A stretch of 5,721 nucleotides of DNA. Origin: Promethearchaeia archaeon. Lineage in GTDB: Archaea > Asgardarchaeota > Lokiarchaeia > Sigyniarchaeales > SOKP01. Of the stretch, positions 1 to 5,721 are shown piece by piece (positions within the stretch are counted from its first letter, which is position 1; each line of letters opens with the position of its first letter). The notes beneath the pieces are model-generated. The model saw nothing but the letters and a program-made list of their open reading frames with translations, searched no databases and was not told the origin of the DNA. The stretch spans positions 1 through 5,721 of the forward strand of contig JAWOFX010000159.1 in the NCBI GenBank assembly GCA_046497275.1. Direction: 5' to 3'. The position numbers were made by a program, and so were the translations under genes.

Positions 1-863
1 CTATGAGAAATTGGTAAAGCTAACAAAGTAGCAATCATTAAAATTATTGAGGATGATGATTGAAGGATTAAGCCTTCACTAGGTCTCGCATTAGTCATTT
101 GACTTGCTAAATTCCGTATTACAAATCTTCCAGCAACATAGATCCCTAAAAAGACAAAAATACCGCAAATTACAACAAAAATAGAATAATACATAGAATT
201 TATAGCCCCACTATTATAAAGTCCATAAAAGATTCCAATACATTCAGCAGAATTTGCTCCTACCCATATTTCAGCAAACAAAACACTTATTAATAATAGC
301 CATTTCATTCTTCTCTCAGTTTTCTCGATCTGATTTAAACCTTTCAATTTTGAAAGAAAGAATTTAATAAGTATTTTAAACAAAAAATAAGTAATTACTA
401 AACCAAAAAATGGGGATAAAAACCAACTAAGCACTACATTCATTAGTTTTTCATAATTAAGAGCATTAGCAGGAGTAACTCCTCCTTGAAAAAGGGAATA
501 AATGATTAATACGCCAAATATACTCCCTACGGTACTATGTGTAGAACTCAGTGGGATACCTGCAAGGGAACCAATTATAAGCCAAACGATACTACTAATT
601 AAAACAGCTAAAAGCATAAAAATTGAATAATTTACTCCAGGACCTAGAATATCTGCTCCAACCGTTTTTCCCACCCCTTGACTTAAGAATACCATTCCAA
701 ATCCCGTTGCAAATCCCCCGGCCATCAGGGCGAAATTAAATTTCAAAACTCCGGCCCCCACCAAAGTAGCTAAAGTCTCATCATTAGCTCCAATTGAAAA
801 AGCTAAGGAAATCCCCATAATTATTAGCAGTATTGTAAAGATTCCCCCTGAATTTAAATCCAT
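1..863 (-). CDS. pit: PiT (PHO4) family inorganic phosphate/anion transporter, 3'-truncated by window edge; not in the supplied ORF track
   Basis: I translated this by hand from ATG at 863; the frame is open for 287 codons to the window edge: MDLNSGGIFTILLIIMGISLAFSIGANDETLATLVGAG...GIPLSSTHSTVGSIFGV...VLSWFLSPFFG...EIWVGANSAECIG...LALPISH. It has the PiT N-terminal GAND motif (780-791), the P-x-S-S/T-T-H hairpin (537-554), the SW..SP motif, an internal repeat and many hydrophobic segments. It lies 17 nt downstream of a DUF47 gene, the usual PiT partner. Confidence 0.93.
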   Translation of the reverse strand, partial: MDLNSGGIFTILLIIMGISLAFSIGANDETLATLVGAGVLKFNFALMAGGFATGFGMVFLSQGVGKTVGADILGPGVNYSIFMLLAVLISSIVWLIIGSLAGIPLSSTHSTVGSIFGVLIIYSLFQGGVTPANALNYEKLMNVVLSWFLSPFFGLVITYFLFKILIKFFLSKLKGLNQIEKTERRMKWLLLISVLFAEIWVGANSAECIGIFYGLYNSGAINSMYYSIFVVICGIFVFLGIYVAGRFVIRNLASQMTNARPSEGLILQSSSSIILMIATLLALPISH

Positions 864-880
864 TTTAAACCCCGTTTTGC
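864..880 (-). promoter_or_regulatory. Short intercistronic spacer with SD-like GGGGT, implying DUF47-pit co-transcription
   Basis: The minus strand reads TAA-gcaaaacGGGGTttaaaa-ATG, a G-rich patch a few nt before the pit ATG in otherwise AT-rich DNA. Confidence 0.45.
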
Positions 881-1546
881 TTATCTAAAAATTAAGTATT
901 TAGTGGAAAGAAACTGGATATATTCAGAAAAATTTTTAATATGATCTGCTAACATCATTATGCCTTCAATTAATTCTTTTAAGTATAAGAATGTCCTCGA
1001 TAAATAATCCATATCATAATCCCACAATCTTTTCAATAAATCGAATTCTTTATTCCTCATAGATCTTCTTTCTTCTTTAATTTCCTCGCATATATCATGG
1101 GCTTTAGTCAGATCAGAGCCAATAAAGTTTACTGCTTGGGTAATCTTCATTGATATCTTCTCTAAGGAAGTATTAATTTCGGAAATCTCTTTTTTAAATT
1201 CTTCATCAGGAAAAACTACTTTATATAATAACATTTTATGAGCTAAGAATTCCCCGATGTTTTTCATATCATTAATTTTGCTGAAGACTTTTAAACGATC
1301 AGCTTTACTAAACATGAGTTTTGATTTGAATATCTTCGATTCAAATCTCTTTTTGATTTGAATCTCCTCTGATGTTTGAATAACATAATTTAAATTTTCA
1401 TCAAATTTTTCAAAATTTTCCTCTGTAAGATATTCAATTCCTTCAATTAATTTGAGGGTTGATTCATTAACTAAATCCATAAATCTATGCGTTAATTCAT
1501 CAATAGTTAATTTTTCTAATTCTTCTTCTGTGACCGCCATCCTCAT
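881..1546 (-). CDS. DUF47 / TIGR00153-like PhoU-fold phosphate transport regulator (divergent)
   Basis: 221 aa, charged and helical with two-fold repeat character. SKADRLKVFSKINDMKN resembles the DUF47 P.DRED...DD..D segment and LADHIKNFSEYIQFLSTKY resembles the C-terminal helix. It sits directly upstream of pit. The start may be 1546 or 1540. Confidence 0.75.
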   Translation of the reverse strand: MRMAVTEEELEKLTIDELTHRFMDLVNESTLKLIEGIEYLTEENFEKFDENLNYVIQTSEEIQIKKRFESKIFKSKLMFSKADRLKVFSKINDMKNIGEFLAHKMLLYKVVFPDEEFKKEISEINTSLEKISMKITQAVNFIGSDLTKAHDICEEIKEERRSMRNKEFDLLKRLWDYDMDYLSRTFLYLKELIEGIMMLADHIKNFSEYIQFLSTKYLIFR

Positions 1547-1578
1547 CAGTCTTTTAACAAATTATTTTTAAGTATAGA

Positions 1579-1586
1579 TTTTATAA
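1579..1586 (-). promoter_or_regulatory. Candidate archaeal TATA box for the DUF47-pit operon
   Basis: Minus-strand TTATAAAA lies 33-40 nt upstream of ATG 1546. The region is very AT-rich, so specificity is low. Confidence 0.35.
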
Positions 1587-1931
1587 TTAAATGTAATATT
1601 TCAAATAATATATATAGAAAATATAATTTTTCGATTAATCTATTGATAAAAATATAAGATTATTGTGATGTGTATAAAATCTTTAGAAAATCTATTTTAT
1701 ACTCAAGAATTTATTTTTCAGAAATGTTAAAAAAACATAATTTATTTGAGGTTTTCGACATTTCATTAAAATTATATTATTGAAAGCAGAACCTTAATAT
1801 AACAAAATAATAATTTTTCTATATAGATTAAAAAGATCATATATATCGAGACAGCAAATCCATTTCTTTAAAAATTAACGGATGAGGAATAGATATTTTA
1901 AATTGAATTTTTTAAACAAAAAAAGTTCAAA

Positions 1932-1947
1932 TATATAAAATATATAG
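1932..1947 (+). promoter_or_regulatory. Candidate archaeal TATA box region for phoU
   Basis: TATATAAAATATATAG lies 37-52 nt upstream of ATG 1984 and is preceded by an A-rich, BRE-like stretch. Confidence 0.4.
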
Positions 1948-1983
1948 ATCGAATATTTATTCTATATTTTATTATATCTAAAT

Positions 1984-2997
1984 ATGGTATATAATATAGA
2001 GACAAGGAAAGTGCAACAAACCGGAGGCTCATCCTACATAATTAGTCTCCCAAAACCTTGGATTGAAAAAAACAACATTGAAAAAAAGGATACTCTAGGC
2101 ATTCTTGCTCAGCCTGATGGAAATCTCTTAATAACCCCTAAAATAAATTCAGAAGATATATTAAAAAACAAAGAAATTATCGCCGATGAATATCAGGACT
2201 ACAATTTCTTATTTCGAGTACTTATCGGAACCTATATCATGGGATTTTCCAAAATTACAATAAAATCAAGCAAAAAATTCGAACCTTTTATTCGTGATTG
2301 CGTTATTAATTTCACTCAGATAGCTATTGGTCCAGAAATAATTGAGGAGAGCAATACTTATATTGTGATTAAAGATTTACTAAATCCAAAAGAAATGCCC
2401 TTTGATAAAACCATAAGACGTATGTATATTCTCGCTGAATCGATGCATGAAGATGCGATCAGAGCTTTGAAAACAAATAATAAAAATTTAGCTGAAGAGG
2501 TCATTAAACGAGATGATGATATCGATAGATTACATTGGTTAATAGGCCGACAATCGAATATTGTTCTTCGAGATATCATTCTTTCCCAAAAAATGGGAAT
2601 CACATTAGAAGATGCTAATCATTATCAATTGATGAGTAGATTCTTAGAACGTATAGCTGATCACGCAGTTAAAATTGCTAAAAATGTCCTAATTCTTTTG
2701 GAAAAAGGAATAGAAAAAGAAATGGTTGAAAAAATATCAGCCGCAAGTAGAATTGCAGTTGAGTTATTAGAAGAAAGTTTAGATGCTCGTATGAATAAAG
2801 ATATTAGAATGGCAAATCATAATATCGAGTCAGTGAATAAATTAGTAACTGCATGTGAAGGGATTTCTATGAATAGAAATGGGCATAATTTAGAAATTTC
2901 TATTGCCACAAGTTATATCGTTGAAAGTATTCGAAGAACTGGTGAATATTCAGGAGATATTTCCGAATTGATCATTAATAATTTAATTAATGAGTAA
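1984..2997 (+). CDS. phoU: Archaeal-type phosphate uptake regulator: N-terminal AbrB/MazE/SpoVT DNA-binding domain plus PhoU repeats
   Basis: N-terminal ETRKVQQTGGSSYIISLPKPWIEKNNIEKKD is the archaeal AbrB-like signature. PhoU motifs RDDDIDRL and RFLERIADHA are intact; the second repeat is ESIRRTGEYSGDISE. It is divergent from DUF47-pit. Confidence 0.93.
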   Translation: MVYNIETRKVQQTGGSSYIISLPKPWIEKNNIEKKDTLGILAQPDGNLLITPKINSEDILKNKEIIADEYQDYNFLFRVLIGTYIMGFSKITIKSSKKFEPFIRDCVINFTQIAIGPEIIEESNTYIVIKDLLNPKEMPFDKTIRRMYILAESMHEDAIRALKTNNKNLAEEVIKRDDDIDRLHWLIGRQSNIVLRDIILSQKMGITLEDANHYQLMSRFLERIADHAVKIAKNVLILLEKGIEKEMVEKISAASRIAVELLEESLDARMNKDIRMANHNIESVNKLVTACEGISMNRNGHNLEISIATSYIVESIRRTGEYSGDISELIINNLINE

Positions 2998-3028
2998 CTT
3001 TTTTATTATCACTTATTTTAATTCTTTC
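2998..3028 (+). terminator. T-rich tract after phoU, candidate archaeal oligo(T) terminator in a convergent junction
   Basis: CTTTTTTATTATCACTTATTTTAATTCTTTC follows TAA directly, with T6 at 2999-3004. Confidence 0.45.
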
Positions 3029-4129
3029 TTATTGATATTCTTTTAGATAATGTAAAATTAATTCAGCCGCAGCGACAATTCCGCTGAGAGTACTAATTTC
3101 TGGAACATTATGACTGAATTTTGTTGGAATTCCTATTAATGCAGAAGGTAAGCCAAGCCATTTTTGGGTTTTTCCTGCATCAGATCCATAAAATTCAAAC
3201 ACACCATTTTGATATTTGATATTATATTTTTCTGCAGTTCGAGTTAGATCTTTGCAGAAGGAATAATCTAAAATTCCATGACCCCGAGATTCTTGCCACA
3301 CTATAACAGGACCCCCTTTTAATTGCAACTCTGAATGAATTGTTCCAGGTGCGTCTTCCACTATCCCTATATCAATTGCGATGACTCGATCAATTGAATG
3401 ATTACGAGTAAAATAGAAGGCTCCTTCCGTCCCAATTTCTTCACGAGTTGAGGCAACAATATAGATATCTGATTTTAGATTTAACTTTCCTCTCTCATTT
3501 TTCAGTTTTTTAATAAGTTTTTCAGTCAACACAATTAAACATGTGAGTGCTGCTAAATTATCCATGGAATATCCTGCAATAATATCATCATCAATATCTG
3601 AATTTAATAAATCGAAATCTCCAGAAAACACAAATGGTGCTCCTACATGAATTTTATATTTATCTAAAACTTCTTCTTTATTTTCGGCACCAATGAAAAT
3701 TTCTAACTCTAGGGGGTCAATTTTTTCTTTTCCGCGTAATTTTTCAGGAATAGAATGTGTTGATCTCCCACAAATTACCCCATAAATCCATTTCTCTTCG
3801 CTATTGAGTATTTGTAGCTTTTTAGAGATTAACCATCTTCCTTCATAACCCCCTCGTGGAGAGAATTCTAATTTTCCATCTTTTCTTATTTTTCTAATCG
3901 TACCGCCGATTTCATCTATGTGTGCAATAATAGCTATTTTTTGTTTAGATGCTGTTCCTCGAAGTTTTACATAAAAATTTCCAAGCAGATCTTTCTTAAG
4001 TTTAAAATCTTTTTCAATAATTTTTTTAATTTGTTTCTCAAATACTTTTCCTCTTTCATTTTCTAAACCTGAAGGGGCTCTTTTGGAAGCGAGGGCTTTA
4101 ATTATTTCCAATATTTCTTTTTTTTCCAT
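3029..4129 (-). CDS. M42 family metallo-aminopeptidase (TET-like)
   Basis: Motifs APSGLE, AHIDEIG, SMDN, TREEIGTEGA, IAIDIG, GSDAG and PTKFSHNVPE. All expected two-metal ligands and catalytic acidic residues of the M42 pattern appear to be present. Confidence 0.9.
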   Translation of the reverse strand: MEKKEILEIIKALASKRAPSGLENERGKVFEKQIKKIIEKDFKLKKDLLGNFYVKLRGTASKQKIAIIAHIDEIGGTIRKIRKDGKLEFSPRGGYEGRWLISKKLQILNSEEKWIYGVICGRSTHSIPEKLRGKEKIDPLELEIFIGAENKEEVLDKYKIHVGAPFVFSGDFDLLNSDIDDDIIAGYSMDNLAALTCLIVLTEKLIKKLKNERGKLNLKSDIYIVASTREEIGTEGAFYFTRNHSIDRVIAIDIGIVEDAPGTIHSELQLKGGPVIVWQESRGHGILDYSFCKDLTRTAEKYNIKYQNGVFEFYGSDAGKTQKWLGLPSALIGIPTKFSHNVPEISTLSGIVAAAELILHYLKEYQ

Positions 4130-4151
4130 TCCTTACCAACTCAAGAAGCTG

Positions 4152-4167
4152 AATTTTTATAAAAATT
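4152..4167. promoter_or_regulatory. Perfect 16-bp palindrome AATTTTTATAAAAATT containing TTTATAAA; candidate TATA box for the M42 gene
   Basis: The palindrome is read directly from the sequence. Its centre is about 30 nt from the M42 ATG at 4129, consistent with a near-leaderless transcript. Confidence 0.5.
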
Positions 4168-4184
4168 ATTATTTTAAGGATTTT

Positions 4185-5288
4185 TTATGTTGATTTTATT
4201 TTAGGGGGAGGTACAAACACATTTCGTAGCCCAGTTCTCTCTAAAGTAATTGCTTCTTCGGGACAATTATGAACACACACTCCACATCCAATACATTTAT
4301 CTTGATTTAAGACAGCTACGCCATCCTTTAATTCGATAGTCTCCATAGGACATTTTTGGGTGCATGTACCACAACCAACGCAATCTTCCTCGTTTATATT
4401 AGCAATATATGAAGTATAGCAATTATATGGCATGATTCCTTTATAATAGAGTTGGAATATACCACAGCAACATTTACAGCAGTTACAAATAGCCTCTTCA
4501 TCTCTCTCGACATCTAAATGTATATGGAATGCCTTATGAACTAGCCCATCCTCTTCAGCAGCAATAAGAATGTCCTTTACTTTTTCTTTCGAAATAGTTC
4601 TTCCAAAATCATAATCAATAGCGAATTTAGCAGCCTTTCCAAAAAGTAAGCAATTTTCTCTTTGGTCTGTGACTTTACATGGATCATTTAACAAATCTTT
4701 CTCGGTACGGCAATAACAGTGGACTAATGCAATATCATCATATTTATCAACAATTTTTGAAACATCTTCTAAAGGAAGAACATTCTCTACGGGGACCTCT
4801 TCAATCTCTTGTTCAACTGGAACTATACGATCTATAGGCGGGAAATTTTCATATTGTTCAACAACTTCATCATAATTTTTCTGGGTTAATTCACTCATCT
4901 TATTAAAAAGTTTATCAAATAAGAATGCTAAGCGCTTCTCTTTCTCACCCTTTTTTCCTCGCATGAGGGTAAATTCAAACAAACCAGGAAATGGAGGCAT
5001 TAAACGATATACTGTTATACCTGTTGTTTCTGATTGAGTCCCAGTAACTACTCCCTCAATCATTAATTCATCTAAAATTCTTAAAATTTCATTTTCACTT
5101 AGATCAGTTCTTTTCTTAATTTGATTCATATTAAGATTAGGTTTTCGAAAGACTGAATTAATGAATTGTGCTTGTTCCTCATTAATTAAAAGTTTTAATA
5201 ATTCAATTAAAGTATCATTCAGAGGGAAGGGCAAATTCCCAGCTTTAATAACTTTTCTCGCAACTTTATACCAGAGTTTTTCAATCAA
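4185..5288 (-). CDS. Cys-rich iron-sulfur protein: N-terminal putative winged HTH, central CYCR/CNCCKCCC domain, C-terminal 2x[4Fe-4S] ferredoxin; function unknown
   Basis: Two CxxCxxCxxxCP motifs (CVGCGTCTQKCP, CIGCGVCVHNCP), CNCCKCCCG at 4461-4487, and 19 Cys in total. LNMNQIKKRTDLSENEILRILDELMIEGVV is HTH-like. The start codon is TTG. Confidence 0.85.
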   Translation of the reverse strand: MIEKLWYKVARKVIKAGNLPFPLNDTLIELLKLLINEEQAQFINSVFRKPNLNMNQIKKRTDLSENEILRILDELMIEGVVTGTQSETTGITVYRLMPPFPGLFEFTLMRGKKGEKEKRLAFLFDKLFNKMSELTQKNYDEVVEQYENFPPIDRIVPVEQEIEEVPVENVLPLEDVSKIVDKYDDIALVHCYCRTEKDLLNDPCKVTDQRENCLLFGKAAKFAIDYDFGRTISKEKVKDILIAAEEDGLVHKAFHIHLDVERDEEAICNCCKCCCGIFQLYYKGIMPYNCYTSYIANINEEDCVGCGTCTQKCPMETIELKDGVAVLNQDKCIGCGVCVHNCPEEAITLERTGLRNVFVPPPKIKST

Positions 5289-5383
5289 TATATTTTCACA
5301 TGATTTTAATTTTAATTATTCAATAAAATAGGAGATAGATGTTACATATCCAATTATAATCAATATTAATAATAGAAACATTT

Positions 5384-5721
5384 TTAGATTGGTTCTCTTA
5401 CTAAAAAATACACATTTGACGACCCACAGTTAGGGCATGTAGCTTTTTTATCTTTAGACGCATTCTCATCTTTCCATTCATTATCACAATTTAGACACCC
5501 ATACCCTGTAAAACCCTTCTTTATTTGAATATTTCCTCCAACTACTCTTATTTGTTTACCCTCCATTAAGGCTTTTGTCATTTTATTATGTGAAGCGTCT
5601 AAAATTCTTGAAAATGTGGGTTGAGAGACCCCCATCTTATCAGCTGCTTCTTTTTGATTAAGATTAACATAATGCTTTAATCTCATGGCCTCAAATTCAG
5701 CAATTGTAAGTTCTACTGTTT
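5384..5721 (-). CDS. DUF134 (UPF0251) family HTH protein with C-terminal zinc ribbon, 5'-truncated by window edge
   Basis: The frame stays open upstream of the track's ATG (5686) to the window edge: TVELTIAEFEAMRLKHYVNLNQKEAADKMGVSQPTFSRIL...ALMEGKQIRVVGG. This matches the DUF134 pattern LT..E.EA.RL.....L.Q.EAA..MGVS..TF.RIL...GK.I...GG. The C-terminus carries CLNC-x16-CPNC. Confidence 0.88.
   Translation of the reverse strand, partial: TVELTIAEFEAMRLKHYVNLNQKEAADKMGVSQPTFSRILDASHNKMTKALMEGKQIRVVGGNIQIKKGFTGYGCLNCDNEWKDENASKDKKATCPNCGSSNVYFLVREPI

Noticed and set aside
1721-1764. GAAATGT...ACATTTC 7-bp inverted repeat and nested ATGTT-N5-AACAT
   Set aside because: Too short and AT-rich to support a structured RNA, riboswitch or operator.
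1540-1888. 8-bp inverted match TCCTCATC (1540-1547) / GATGAGGA (1881-1888)
   Set aside because: It does not extend, the arms are about 330 nt apart, and there is no transposase or target-site duplication, so it is not a MITE.
1882-1938. 18-codon plus-strand ORF MRNRYFKLNFLNKKSSNI upstream of phoU
   Set aside because: It has no clear SD or informative composition, and its stop overlaps the candidate TATA region. Such ORFs are expected by chance. Ribo-seq would be needed to support it.
1547-1983. Possible ncRNA, riboswitch or CRISPR leader in the long spacer
   Set aside because: About 16% GC with no stable stems, no regularly spaced repeats and no cas genes in the window.
2358-2603. 81-aa minus-strand ORF from the track
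   Set aside because: It lies entirely antisense within the well-supported phoU gene and has no recognisable motif; most likely a shadow ORF.
4118-4125. A8 run just after the M42 start codon as a phase-variation site
   Set aside because: A7-A8 runs are common in this AT-rich sequence and the frame is intact.
3029-4129. M42 protein as an endoglucanase or catalytically dead variant (DNL rather than DNR/DDR)
   Set aside because: The metal ligands and catalytic residues appear intact, and the cellulase label for M42 proteins is a known misannotation. Treated as an ordinary aminopeptidase.
5684-5686. ATG given by the track as the DUF134 start
   Set aside because: The conserved LTxxEFEA segment lies upstream in the same open frame, so this Met is internal.

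Overview
AT-rich, gene-dense window that looks archaeal. An Asgard/Lokiarchaeota-like origin is inferred from gene content and promoter style and is not proven. No mobile element, CRISPR array, tRNA or rRNA is evident. The left half is a phosphate-type module. A DUF47 (PhoU-fold) gene and a PiT-family anion transporter lie on the minus strand; the transporter (1..863) is absent from the ORF track because it runs off the left edge. They are transcribed divergently from an archaeal-type AbrB/SpoVT-PhoU regulator across a 437-nt spacer of about 16% GC that carries nine ATAGA/TCTAT words. The right half has three minus-strand genes: a 5'-truncated DUF134 HTH/Zn-ribbon protein, a 19-Cys wHTH plus 2x[4Fe-4S] protein of unknown function, and an M42 aminopeptidase converging on phoU. 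The most notable signal is that both the PiT transporter and its DUF47 partner have lost canonical acidic motifs (second GAND is GANS, ST/TT pair is SH, EXXXD motifs eroded). This hints at a divergent PiT/DUF47 module with altered substrate or ion coupling.
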